Of a stretch of 64,000 bases of DNA, positions 17,160 to 26,142 are shown in pieces. The notes below the pieces were generated by a model that saw only the letters and a list, made by a program, of their open reading frames with translations, ran no database searches and had not been told where the DNA came from. Every line of letters begins with the position of its first letter. Position 1 is the first letter of the stretch. Source of the DNA: an uncultured Methanosarcinales archaeon (GTDB lineage: Archaea; Nanobdellota; Nanobdellia; Woesearchaeales; GW2011-AR15); assembly GCA_964512765.1 (NCBI GenBank), contig CAZEKF010000005.1, forward strand, positions 6,414 to 70,413. Direction: 5' to 3'. The position numbers and the translations under genes were made by a program.

Positions 17160-17504
17160 TCACCATTTTTTAATTTCTTTTTGAACACCGTCATGCCATT
17201 TATTAACAATGTCTAGCATACGTTGTTTAATTTCTGTTTTGTTTTTAATTTCATAATAAAACATGTAACCCCCTTTGTCAAGGTTAATCTGTAATCTCTT
17301 AACAAGATTTTTTTCTGCTAGTTGTTTTATAGCTTTCTGAACAGTTGTCCTGTCTAGGGACATTGCTTTTCCTAGTGCAGAAGCAGTGTATTCTTTTTCT
17401 TTTTTTAATAAATACATTAAAACATTATACTCAGTTTTGTTTAACTGAAAGCTACAACTAATCAAATCTTTAAATTTAATGTCCTGGCATGCAAATGTTA
17501 TCAT
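17160..17504 (-). CDS. winged-HTH transcription regulator (MarR/TrmB-like)
   Basis: EYNVLMYLLKKEKEYTASALGKAMSLDRTTVQKAIKQLAEKNLVKR. Confidence 0.6.
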   Translation of the reverse strand: MITFACQDIKFKDLISCSFQLNKTEYNVLMYLLKKEKEYTASALGKAMSLDRTTVQKAIKQLAEKNLVKRLQINLDKGGYMFYYEIKNKTEIKQRMLDIVNKWHDGVQKEIKKW

Positions 17505-17545
17505 TTTGTAAAATTATATATACTATTTCCTTTATCAATGTTTTC

Positions 17546-18226
17546 ATGAATAAATTATTATTATGGATTTTGATTTGGGGAATTGTATGGCTTGGTTATG
17601 ACTTCTTAAAAAAGCACAAAATTAATTTTGTTGATAATTTTTTTGTAACTCTTGTATATTTTTTAATTGTTGATTTAACACTGATTTATTTTTTCAAAAA
17701 TGATCTTATTATTTTTTTCAAGGATGTTACCATGTCGACTATTTTTTTCTTTGTTTTAGTGATTTTATTTTACTTTTTATTATACCATATTACCAGAAAA
17801 CACAGGAAAATATCAAAAACAGTCATTAAAAAATATCCTTGGTATACATTATTAAGAATCGACTATAAGTTCTTAATATCAAAACCTTTTGAAATACTAT
17901 TTCAACAATTATGTGTTTTATTGTTAATTACATGGTTAATGCAATATGGCTTTGTTTTTTACCAAATCTTGATTGTGTTTGGCATATTGTTTGGTCTTTC
18001 TCATTTAAGACTGCTTTTTGAAAGTCGTAATTTATTCACTTATCTTTTTATTGTAACAGCTCTTATAGGTAGTATAGTTCTCCCATACTTAATAGTCTAT
18101 GTTAAAAACGGAGCAATATATTCTTATCTAATACATTACGGTTATTACACCTTATTAGGAACAGTTTATTGGTTTAGTAAGCCTAAAGAAAAAAAAAGAA
18201 AAAAAAGAACTATTCAAGTTCTTTAA
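17546..18226 (+). CDS. polytopic membrane protein (possibly CPBP/CAAX-protease-like)
   Basis: About 6 hydrophobic segments. Weak FEILFQQ and FGLSHLR motifs. Start taken at ATG 17546 (MNKLLLW). Confidence 0.35.
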   Translation: MNKLLLWILIWGIVWLGYDFLKKHKINFVDNFFVTLVYFLIVDLTLIYFFKNDLIIFFKDVTMSTIFFFVLVILFYFLLYHITRKHRKISKTVIKKYPWYTLLRIDYKFLISKPFEILFQQLCVLLLITWLMQYGFVFYQILIVFGILFGLSHLRLLFESRNLFTYLFIVTALIGSIVLPYLIVYVKNGAIYSYLIHYGYYTLLGTVYWFSKPKEKKRKKRTIQVL

Positions 18227-19526
18227 TCAAAGCATCTATCACATCTCTGAAGTCTTGTTCTTCAGCTGCTAGATCATCTGCACTTTCATAACCGTTTCCG
18301 ATTCTGAAATATTTACATCCAAAAATGAATGTAGGAATACTTCCTCTTTCGTTAAACAGTTTATAATACTCTTGATCTTCTGCAGGAACTGATGTCTCAA
18401 CTTCTTCAGTTAATGTGTTATCTCCTGTGTCAAGTTCCCAGTGATACGCAACAATCTTATCTTCATCAACAAGTTCTTTCATCAAACCGTCGAAAGTTGG
18501 CATGATCCATTTACAATGAGGGCACCATGTTGTTGATAATAACCTTATAACTGGTTTACCGTCTTCTTCACAGATTCCGTCTTCAAGGATTAAACTTTGG
18601 AAAGTACCTATAGTCGGACCTTTTTCAGGTGGTGGTGGCGGCATCTCGCCTGCTAAAGCTTTCTCAATTTTGTCTGGAAAGCTTGAATATGAAGCTGCTC
18701 CTCGTATCATGTAACCTTTTTCTCCACCTACAAAGAACGTTGGTGTTCCTCCTACGCCTAAGCTTCTACCAAACTGTGTATCCTGGACAACAATTGATGC
18801 TTTTTCATTTTCATCTAGACATTTACTAAATTCAGCCATGTCAAGTTCCATGTCAGAAGCGTATTTCTTTAAACTGTCAATGTCTAAAGCGCCTTGGTTC
18901 TGGAACAGCACATCGTGATAATCCCAAAATTTACCTTGGTCACGCGCACATTCAGATGCTTCGCTAGCTTTTCTAGCAGATTCGTGCACAATAAAGTGTT
19001 TAAACACAACTTCAACTTTGTCACCGTAGTTCTTTTTAATGTTTGGAACTGACGGTAACCAGCTTGGATCCTGGCCTTGGAACTGGGCGATTAATTGAGC
19101 ATGGAATCCTGCAGCTGCGCTACAGTACGGGCATGCAAATTCACTAAACTCCAAAATCTGTATTACATCTTCTCCATAAACAGGATCTGATGGTTTAGAT
19201 GGTTCGCTTGGTTTTGATGGCTTAACAGGTTTCACATCAGCCATAGGCTCTAATTCTGTTAATGCAGTTGAAACTGCTGATTTAACCTCTGCAGGTAATT
19301 CTTTACCTTCTAATGTGTTAAGATCATCAACAACTGAACTAACACTAACACCTAGTCTAAACCCGTTTGTAAAAACAGATAATAACAATAGAACACCTAA
19401 TATTACTGTTGTTGTTTTCCACATATCATTTCCTAACATTCCTTCTTGAACTTCTTCATGTTTTGTAACATGGTGTCCAGAAGATTTACGTTTATGTCTT
19501 GATTTTTTTCTAATTGGTTTACTCAT
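18210..19526 (-). CDS. membrane-anchored double thioredoxin-fold (DsbA-like) thiol:disulfide oxidoreductase
   Basis: N-terminal basic tail plus a TM helix, then two Trx-fold modules with CPYC and CPHC active-site motifs. Confidence 0.65.
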   Translation of the reverse strand: MSKPIRKKSRHKRKSSGHHVTKHEEVQEGMLGNDMWKTTTVILGVLLLLSVFTNGFRLGVSVSSVVDDLNTLEGKELPAEVKSAVSTALTELEPMADVKPVKPSKPSEPSKPSDPVYGEDVIQILEFSEFACPYCSAAAGFHAQLIAQFQGQDPSWLPSVPNIKKNYGDKVEVVFKHFIVHESARKASEASECARDQGKFWDYHDVLFQNQGALDIDSLKKYASDMELDMAEFSKCLDENEKASIVVQDTQFGRSLGVGGTPTFFVGGEKGYMIRGAASYSSFPDKIEKALAGEMPPPPPEKGPTIGTFQSLILEDGICEEDGKPVIRLLSTTWCPHCKWIMPTFDGLMKELVDEDKIVAYHWELDTGDNTLTEEVETSVPAEDQEYYKLFNERGSIPTFIFGCKYFRIGNGYESADDLAAEEQDFRDVIDALIKELE

Positions 19527-19606
19527 TTAGTATACCCCCATATTAAATCTTATCATACGGAAGAATCAAGTTTTATTTATATATTTTATCTCTTTAAACA
19601 GAAGAA

Positions 19607-19804
19607 TTATTTTTTAGAAGTCTTTTTAGTTGTTTTTTTAACTGGCTTTTTAACAACTTTTTTCTTAACTGGCTTTTTCTTTGGCTTTGGTGTTTCTTTT
19701 TTCTTATTTTTACAAGTTTCACAATACAAAGAACCTGCATACTTCGGGTAAAATACACTACCACAAATCATACACTTTTTTCTTACCTTGTACAACTTTG
19801 CCAT
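19607..19804 (-). CDS. small zinc-ribbon protein with a lysine-rich tail
   Basis: CMIC...CETC followed by a KKPVKKK-type basic tail. Confidence 0.45.
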   Translation of the reverse strand: MAKLYKVRKKCMICGSVFYPKYAGSLYCETCKNKKKETPKPKKKPVKKKVVKKPVKKTTKKTSKK

Positions 19805-19951
19805 TTTTTTATACTCTTGGGAAAAACAACTTATTTTAAAAGGTTACGGAACTTCCGTAAGTGTTGGAGTTTTTAAATATTTTTAATCGCTCTGGAATAG
19901 TGTCACTTTTAATCCAATAAATTTTTATATTCTGTATATATAGGTGTGAAT

Positions 19952-20401
19952 ATGGGTGGTCTTTTAAGTCAAGTATTTACGAACAAAATTGTGTTAAGTG
20001 TAATTCTTTCATACACTGTTGCAAGTTTAATCAAAGTGTTTTTTCATTATCTTGGTACTGATAAATGGGACTTTATGGTATTTTTCAGGACTGGTGGTAT
20101 GCCAAGTTCACATACAGCGTCTGTTACTTCCATGACTGCAGCTATTTATTTTTTAGAAGGTTCATCTAACTTATTCATGGTTTGTTTAATAGTAAGTAGC
20201 ATTGTTATTTCAGATGCTATTGGACTAAGACGAGCTGTTGGTAAACAAGCACAAGTATTAAACAAAGTAGCTGCAGAGTTTAGACATTTCCGTACTTTTA
20301 GAACTAAAAGATTGTATGAATTATTAGGCCATACACCAAAACAAGCATTAGCAGGATTTATTCTTGGAATATTAATAGCAAAACTAGTATTCTTGTTCTA
20401 G
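19952..20401 (+). CDS. divergent PAP2-family membrane protein (DUF212)
   Basis: GGMPSSHTASV, DAIGLRR and GHTPKQALAG motifs. AGGTG RBS lies 5 nt before ATG 19952 (the track start is GTG 19946). Confidence 0.65.
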   Translation: MGGLLSQVFTNKIVLSVILSYTVASLIKVFFHYLGTDKWDFMVFFRTGGMPSSHTASVTSMTAAIYFLEGSSNLFMVCLIVSSIVISDAIGLRRAVGKQAQVLNKVAAEFRHFRTFRTKRLYELLGHTPKQALAGFILGILIAKLVFLF

Positions 20402-20856
20402 AATAATATTATTAATAAAAGACATAATACAGGATATACTATGTTATTTAATAAACTTAATTTAAGATTCTGAAAAAAGCTATGTTTTTTCTTGAATCCT
20501 AGAGAAGCTGTTACTAAACCAAACATAAAGATTAACAAAGCAATAACTGGATTTTTAGTTTCAAACAATGAAATTGAAAAGATTGAATAAAATAGTATGT
20601 TATTTGGAAACTTTTTAACCCATACAAAACCAAGCAATACAGAAACTAGTGAAATTGGTATTGAAAAGTAATATCTTAAGCCCAGATAACTGAAGAAAAA
20701 GTAAAAAACAACACCTAAGAAAATAGGTTTCAAAATTCTAAAATATTTTTTTCCTTGTTTAAGTTCTTCTTTTGTGAAATTAGAAATAAATGTGCCTATT
20801 ACCAAACCAAAGTAACTAAGAAACATTAGTAAAAGAAATTTTAGTAATTCTGACAT
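20398..20856 (-). CDS. hypothetical polytopic membrane protein
   Basis: 152-aa ORF that is hydrophobic throughout. Confidence 0.35.
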   Translation of the reverse strand: MSELLKFLLLMFLSYFGLVIGTFISNFTKEELKQGKKYFRILKPIFLGVVFYFFFSYLGLRYYFSIPISLVSVLLGFVWVKKFPNNILFYSIFSISLFETKNPVIALLIFMFGLVTASLGFKKKHSFFQNLKLSLLNNIVYPVLCLLLIILF

Positions 20857-20889
20857 AGAATTATTATCTTTTATTTGAGATATTTATAC

Positions 20890-22035
20890 TTATTGTATTT
20901 TTGTAAGATAATCAAGAACATACTTCATTACTTCATCCCTGGAAGCTTCATTAAATCTTATAGAACCTGCAACGTCGTGACCACCGCCACTAATTAAAGC
21001 GTAAGGAAACTTTTGTTTTAATTCTTTTAATAGATCAACACCACTAAAACTAACATTATCTGCTCTGTAACTAATCATGTCTTTTGTTTCTGCTAACGTG
21101 ATTCTAGGTCCATTAATTAATTCATGCGTTATTCTAACTGTTTTTGAAGATGCGTACTCCCAGTCACTTACTTTATTCTTATCAATTCTCAATAGTTTAA
21201 ATTTCTTATAATCTGTTATTTTAACATATTTCTCTGCTGCTTTCTTAACATTCTCAAACTTTTTTTCAACATCTTTTGACAATGAATTAATCACAATCTT
21301 ATTTTTTTCATTCATTGAAAACAAATCTGCTAAAAACTTTGCTCTGCCTGAAGATCTTAAATAATATAATTCATGATCAATTACAAATGACCATTTTTTT
21401 AGTTCATCGTCTGAGTAACCAGATAATTTAACATAATTTTCCTGGTCTTGACCTGAAGATTTATCTGCCACACCAGATATTGCCGGTAGATGATTAATAT
21501 TTGACAGTAAGGGATTAACAAACAATGCTAATTCTGTTGCCAATGCACCCGCGTGCAAACTAGTTTTAATTCCATACGCATGTGGATTCAAGAAAGATTC
21601 AGTTAAATCTATAATTTCATTATCATACCTATGATGATCAACTATAACAAATTCAAAACCATAGTCAAGCAATCTTTGAATTGCGTTAAAACTTTGTTCA
21701 TTTGAACCTAGATCGCATAAAATAACTAACGGTTTAGAATTATTAAACCCTAAACAATTGTTTAGATCGCGTAAAGCGTCTGTATAATCATAATACGGTG
21801 ATCTGCTAGCCATTCTAGCTACTTGTCTAGGATTTTTAGAAACTGATAAAATTGCTTTTTCAATAACAAACCCTGCTGTGTAACCGTCTGTGTCATCATG
21901 ATGTTTTATTATAATGAACCTGTTTTCTGAGATTGCTTTTTTAATTATCTCTGATGTTTTAACAAAACATTCTCTTAGATTTTCTAAATTTTCTGATTTT
22001 ATTAAGAAAGGTTTTTTTTTAGTATTTATTTCCAT
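20890..22035 (-). CDS. DHH/DHHA1-family phosphoesterase (archaeal RecJ/Cdc45-like)
   Basis: Motifs HHDDTDGYTAG, CDLGSN, VIVDHHRY and GGGHDVAGS. Confidence 0.7.
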   Translation of the reverse strand: MEINTKKKPFLIKSENLENLRECFVKTSEIIKKAISENRFIIIKHHDDTDGYTAGFVIEKAILSVSKNPRQVARMASRSPYYDYTDALRDLNNCLGFNNSKPLVILCDLGSNEQSFNAIQRLLDYGFEFVIVDHHRYDNEIIDLTESFLNPHAYGIKTSLHAGALATELALFVNPLLSNINHLPAISGVADKSSGQDQENYVKLSGYSDDELKKWSFVIDHELYYLRSSGRAKFLADLFSMNEKNKIVINSLSKDVEKKFENVKKAAEKYVKITDYKKFKLLRIDKNKVSDWEYASSKTVRITHELINGPRITLAETKDMISYRADNVSFSGVDLLKELKQKFPYALISGGGHDVAGSIRFNEASRDEVMKYVLDYLTKIQ

Positions 22036-22038
22036 TTT

Positions 22039-22302
22039 TTATCGTTTTCCTGTATCTTGCCATGCTGCATGGCCAAAGTGTATTAACAAATCAACACCTA
22101 AACTTTTGACATCTAATGGCAGGTCACAACTACCGTAACATGAACCACCCCAGATTACAACTTCTGCGTTTGTTTCTTTTTCTATAGTTTTCTGGATTTC
22201 TTCAGCTTTTGGCTTTAAACCATCTGGTAGATGTAAACATACAGTTTTAGCTTTATGTTTTTTAATTTCTTCAATTATTTTTTTTGTATCTAGGTTGTAC
22301 AT
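22039..22302 (-). pseudogene. dph2: N-terminal fragment of diphthamide synthase Dph2 (87 aa, where I recall roughly 330 aa for full length)
   Basis: LHLPDGLKPKAEEI...VVIWGGSCYGSCDL...VDLLIHFGHA matches the Dph2 N-terminal region. The ORF stops right after it, 4 nt before the DHH gene start. Confidence 0.55.
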
Positions 22303-22374
22303 ATTAATATTTTGGAAATAACTTACTATTAAAATTGTTTATGCTTTTTATATAACTTCATTCTCTTTTTTTGA

Positions 22375-23262
22375 ATGGCAAACATGCTTGTACATAGAGC
22401 TCGTGAAATTGGTCTTCAAAAAAACTATGTTGTTAAGGACAACGCACATATTTATACGTCTAAAGGTAATTTCGTTTATGGTTTTCCGCCATCTTCAATC
22501 TGGTTGGCAGAAAAAGATGGAGATAAATATATATTAAAAATTGTAATGTCGAAAAAGGAATATAAGAGAGAAATCAGAAGTCTTAGGAAAGTACATACTC
22601 ACCCAAATATTGTGCCTTTAGTTGAAACATATTCTTATGATTGTTATAATGTACTAGTAGAACCGTTTGTAGGGACAAGGAATCTTCCTAGATGTCTTGA
22701 CTCAGGTATTACTTTATCTAATTTTATTAGATATATGATAAGCGCTACACGTGGTGTAGGTCACTCACATGACATGAACATTACCCATCATAATCTTCAT
22801 CAAGATAATATTAGAATCGGAGAAAAAGAAGGATCCACAATAATTGATTTTCAGTTGGCAAACAAAACAGGTCAGTTTTACTTTGTTCAAACAAGAAGAT
22901 ACGGTCGAAAAGGAGAAAAAATAGTTTTTCATGGGCCTATTGAATACTATCCTTCCTCCAAGGTGCCTTTTTTTTCAAGCAAAGATGTTGACTTACATTG
23001 TTTAGTAAGAATAATAGATAGCACTCTTGGTTATACTCTATCAAACAGAGACCGTACATGGTTTACGGATATTTTTAATGATGGAGAGCAAGCAATGAAA
23101 GAATTAGGTCTTTCTTTACTTCACTTCATCAAATATTCTACTTCGGATAATAAAAGAGAAAGACCTAAGAATGCTAATCAGTTAATAACTCGGTTAGAAG
23201 ATTTACTTGGTAATCCAAGCTTTGAACAGTTTTCAGAATGGGTGTCAGAACAACATGACTAG
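22375..23262 (+). CDS. divergent eukaryotic-type protein kinase-like protein
   Basis: ILKIV (VAIK-like), HPNIVPL, a HHNLHQDN catalytic loop and IIDFQLA (DFG-like). Confidence 0.5.
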   Translation: MANMLVHRAREIGLQKNYVVKDNAHIYTSKGNFVYGFPPSSIWLAEKDGDKYILKIVMSKKEYKREIRSLRKVHTHPNIVPLVETYSYDCYNVLVEPFVGTRNLPRCLDSGITLSNFIRYMISATRGVGHSHDMNITHHNLHQDNIRIGEKEGSTIIDFQLANKTGQFYFVQTRRYGRKGEKIVFHGPIEYYPSSKVPFFSSKDVDLHCLVRIIDSTLGYTLSNRDRTWFTDIFNDGEQAMKELGLSLLHFIKYSTSDNKRERPKNANQLITRLEDLLGNPSFEQFSEWVSEQHD

Positions 23263-23525
23263 TCTTTAGCAACGTCTAATGCTTCATCGTCATCGGATTT
23301 CTTCCATCTTTTGCCGTTTTCACCGGATTTTGGAATATCCATAAAGTAAGTTGTATTTGTTTTTGACCTTCGTATTCGTGCCATTCTGATTCAGCTTAAA
23401 AACAGTTCATCCATTTCTTCTTCAGACAAGTTCCTGCTATTTATTGCAGAGGAGAAATCCTTCTTTTTTTTACTAGAATGTCTTTTCACCTTTTTTAGGA
23501 CTTCTGCGTCTTCGTCTTCATACAT
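23259..23525 (-). CDS. small ORF pair (44 + 43 codons) joined by one in-frame TGA at 23391-23393
   Basis: Manual translation gives MYEDEDAEVLKKVKRHSSKKKKDFSSAINSRNLSEEEMDELFLS-TGA-IRMARIRRSKTNTTYFMDIPKSGENGKRWKKSDDDEALDVAKD-TAG, all in one frame. Both halves are below the 60-aa track threshold. Confidence 0.3.
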
Positions 23526-23550
23526 TTTGGATCAACTTGATTAAAAAGAT

Positions 23551-23613
23551 CCTAGGCGTAAGGAGGTTTCTTGTGGGTGGGGTGATAGTAAGAAAAGTAC
23601 CTTACGGCCTAAG
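23551..23613. ncRNA. GC-rich structured island containing G-rich element copy B (candidate ncRNA, unassigned)
   Basis: CCTAGGCGTAAGG (23551-23563) pairs with CCTTACGGCCTAAG (23600-23613). The enclosed loop carries GGAGG...TGTGGGTGGGGTGATAGTAAGAA. An alternative pairing is AGTAAGAA with TTCTTACT. Confidence 0.3.
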
Positions 23614-23802
23614 TTCTTACTTGGAAGTAGTAGTTAGAAGTATATAAATGTTTCGGTTTTGTAACTATTTCATAGTAATAACTTAAGTTAAATTTATAAA
23701 TAAAGTTTTGTAACTGTGTTATATTATAATTAACTAATAATGGTAAAACATCATGACATATGCAACTTTCATATGTGATGTGAATTAAGAAGTAGTGAGA
23801 AA

Positions 23803-23955
23803 ATGATCCAAATAGCTGAAGAACATTTAACAAGAGGTAATATTGATCCTGTTGCACTTCTCTATTATGGGTTGGTGTGGAAAACAGACTGTAGTGTGCC
23901 AAATTTAGCTACACTATTAAAACAAAATAATGCTGATAGTCTACTAGATCTCTAA
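23803..23955 (+). CDS. small hypothetical protein (50 aa), translationally coupled to 23956-24276
   Basis: MIQIAEEHLTRGNIDPVALLYYGLVWKTDCSVPNLATLLKQNNADSLLDL. Its TAA abuts the next ATG (TAAATG). I prefer it over the antisense AT-rich ORF 23609-23902. Confidence 0.3.
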   Translation: MIQIAEEHLTRGNIDPVALLYYGLVWKTDCSVPNLATLLKQNNADSLLDL

Positions 23956-24276
23956 ATGGCATCTGCCGTAGACATGATGTTTGGGAAAGGAGAGATGCCC
24001 ATCCGCAGACTAAGTACATTATTGAGCAACGATGGTAAAGGTGAGGCGGAAGCATTTTATGCTGGAGTTTATGATGAAAGAGTTAGAGACTCTGAACACA
24101 AGGACTACTTTCTTTTCGGCCAAGGTTTTAGAAATGGACTTCTAGGTAACAAAGTAAGTATAAAACAAGCATTATTAATAGGAAGAGATGAAAATTACCA
24201 GAGTGGGTATGCAAAAGGTGAGTTCATACGAAAAGGACTTCAAGATAACAAAACACCATTATTCTTAAAAGAGTAA
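23956..24276 (+). CDS. hypothetical protein
   Basis: 106-aa ORF. No family recognised. Confidence 0.4.
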   Translation: MASAVDMMFGKGEMPIRRLSTLLSNDGKGEAEAFYAGVYDERVRDSEHKDYFLFGQGFRNGLLGNKVSIKQALLIGRDENYQSGYAKGEFIRKGLQDNKTPLFLKE

Positions 24277-24337
24277 CACAAAAACTCAGATTTTTTTAAA
24301 TATATCTTAGAGTAATAACTTTTTTTATGTTACCTAA

Positions 24338-24667
24338 CTAGCCTTCCACAGGAAACCTCATAAACTTTTTACAGTTAAAACAACTATAAACTATTTTAGA
24401 ATTAGTGTTTCTTACTCTACAATTAACTCCTGGTACTAGGTATTTGTAACAATGTTTACAGAATCTACGTTTTAATTCTCTAGGCATCCTAACCTTATAT
24501 TTCATACCTATTTTTCTAGCTAGTTCAACGTATCTATCTGAGAGAGTAGATTCTTCTTTGAACTTAAGCTCTGCTTGCTTAAACAACTCTTCTATTCGTT
24601 CTTTAGCTATTTGTCTAAACAATGCAGGTTTTTTCCTGTGTTTTTGTTTCATAATACCTGGTAACAA
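24338..24667 (-). CDS. rnp4: RNase P protein component 4 (Rpp21/Rpr2)
   Basis: Basic helical N-terminus (IAKERIEELF, RYVELARKI) plus a zinc ribbon CKHC...CFNC. Confidence 0.8.
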   Translation of the reverse strand: MLPGIMKQKHRKKPALFRQIAKERIEELFKQAELKFKEESTLSDRYVELARKIGMKYKVRMPRELKRRFCKHCYKYLVPGVNCRVRNTNSKIVYSCFNCKKFMRFPVEG

Positions 24668-24689
24668 GAATTAATTAAAATAATTTGTT

Positions 24690-24776
24690 AAAATAATAAT
24701 AACAATGGCCAGGCGAGCCGTAAGGCGAGTAGCATTTACGTAGTAAATGCGTCTGTGCCATTATTGTTATTATTTT
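24690..24776 (+). ncRNA. candidate structured RNA: perfect 20-bp AT-rich stem enclosing a 47-nt GC-rich core
   Basis: aaaataataataacaatggc (24690-24709) is the exact reverse complement of gccattattgttattatttt (24757-24776). The core contains GCC-GUAA-GGC flanked by tandem G.A/A.G, the duplicate AGGCGAG x2, and the 8-bp hairpin GCATTTAC-GTA-GTAAATGC. The plus strand is favoured because of the GNRA loop. Confidence 0.35.
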
Positions 24777-24852
24777 TTCCAAAACTATACACTTTTTTTT
24801 ATTATCCAAACATTTTAATATAAATAAATAATTGTAATAGTTGGGGGTATAT

Positions 24853-26085
24853 GTGGGTTTTCTTGAAAAAATATTTGGAAAAAAAACTGAACATGTAGAA
24901 ATTGATAAAATCGAGTTAAAAGAATGGCTTGATTCAAAAAAACTTTTAACAGAGATTGACCATGAAATTAACAAAACTCTTGATGGTATTAAGAAACTAA
25001 AATCTGAACTAAATAAAAAACTTGAAGATCTTGAACTTGCAAAACTAATGAATACAGACATACCTAAACGTGAAAAACAAATCATGCAAGGTAACAGAGA
25101 GAATTATATAAGAAAAACACAATTATTTCTTGACGAGTTAAAAGTTCCTGACCAAGACTATATTCAAATAAGCGAATTTTGTTCTGAGTTTGAAGAAAGA
25201 TTGTATGAGTTTAATGAAAACACATCTAAGACATACTTTATCTTGACACATTTTTTTGACACAGAAATGAAAAATATTGCTGGACTGTTAAAAAGAATTG
25301 AGAACAGTATTGTGAACTTAGTTGGGTTGTTAAAACACGAGAAAGTAACTCAATATAAAATGCTAGTTTCAAAAATAAATGAACTTAACAAGTCTACTAT
25401 TGAACACGATAAAACAAGTAAAAAACTTGATGAGCTTGAGAAAGAGTTTGAAGAAGCTGAGAAACGTGAAGTTGAATTAAATGAAAAAATGGATGCTTTG
25501 AAACAAAGTCCTGACTATAACAAATGCAAGAAATTTGATAAAAGAAAAACTGAGATAAAAGACGAGGTTTCCAGTCTTAATTCTAAGTTGAACAATAAAT
25601 TAAAACAGTTTGATAAAGCAATGAAAAAGTATATGCATACATCCCTAAAGAAAAATACGATTGCAAATTACCGTGAACATCCGTTGCAAGCACTTGAAAA
25701 AGATTCTAAACTTGAAATTATCAATATAATTGAAAAATTAAAGCAAGAGGTTAAAAAAGGCCGGATTGAACTAAAACAAAAGATTAAAGATAAAATATTG
25801 AAAGAAGATTTGACTAAAGTTTTTCTAGGAAAAATTACTTCTGAACACGAGAAATTAAAAAAAGAACGAGCAAAGATTAACCAGGAAGAAGATAAATTAA
25901 CAGTAATGATGAATTATAAAGAGTTGCAGTATAAAATTGAGCATAACACTGACAAAATCAAACAATTAAAAGAAAAGATTTCTGACAAAAAAAACCTGGT
26001 GAGTCATCTTAATATTAAGAACCAGGTTAACAAACTTCAGGAACTACTGAGTAGTACAACTGATTGCGAAGTTGTAATAAAATAG
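24853..26085 (+). CDS. K/E-rich coiled-coil protein, hypothetical
   Basis: Long heptad-like K/E/L-rich sequence. GGGGGT lies 6 nt before GTG 24853. The track start TTG 24841 is the alternative. Confidence 0.45.
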   Translation: MGFLEKIFGKKTEHVEIDKIELKEWLDSKKLLTEIDHEINKTLDGIKKLKSELNKKLEDLELAKLMNTDIPKREKQIMQGNRENYIRKTQLFLDELKVPDQDYIQISEFCSEFEERLYEFNENTSKTYFILTHFFDTEMKNIAGLLKRIENSIVNLVGLLKHEKVTQYKMLVSKINELNKSTIEHDKTSKKLDELEKEFEEAEKREVELNEKMDALKQSPDYNKCKKFDKRKTEIKDEVSSLNSKLNNKLKQFDKAMKKYMHTSLKKNTIANYREHPLQALEKDSKLEIINIIEKLKQEVKKGRIELKQKIKDKILKEDLTKVFLGKITSEHEKLKKERAKINQEEDKLTVMMNYKELQYKIEHNTDKIKQLKEKISDKKNLVSHLNIKNQVNKLQELLSSTTDCEVVIK

Positions 26086-26142
26086 TCCTGTCTGGACTTT
26101 CTAATAAAACGAGGTATAATAAAAAAATTATTTTTATAAAAA

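Noticed and set aside
23609-23902. 97-aa minus-strand ORF
   Set aside because: It is very AT-rich with a Y/N/L/F-dominated translation and no RBS. A more protein-like 50-aa plus-strand ORF, coupled to the next gene, occupies the same DNA.
24690-24776. H/ACA or C/D sRNA assignment for the 87-nt hairpin
   Set aside because: There is no UGAUGA or CUGA. An ACA follows the stem on the minus strand, but the 20-bp lower stem puts it too far from any pocket for H/ACA geometry.
24675-25085. 136-aa minus-strand ORF
   Set aside because: It is antisense to the coiled-coil gene and runs through the 87-nt hairpin element. Its translation is S/F-rich and low-complexity.
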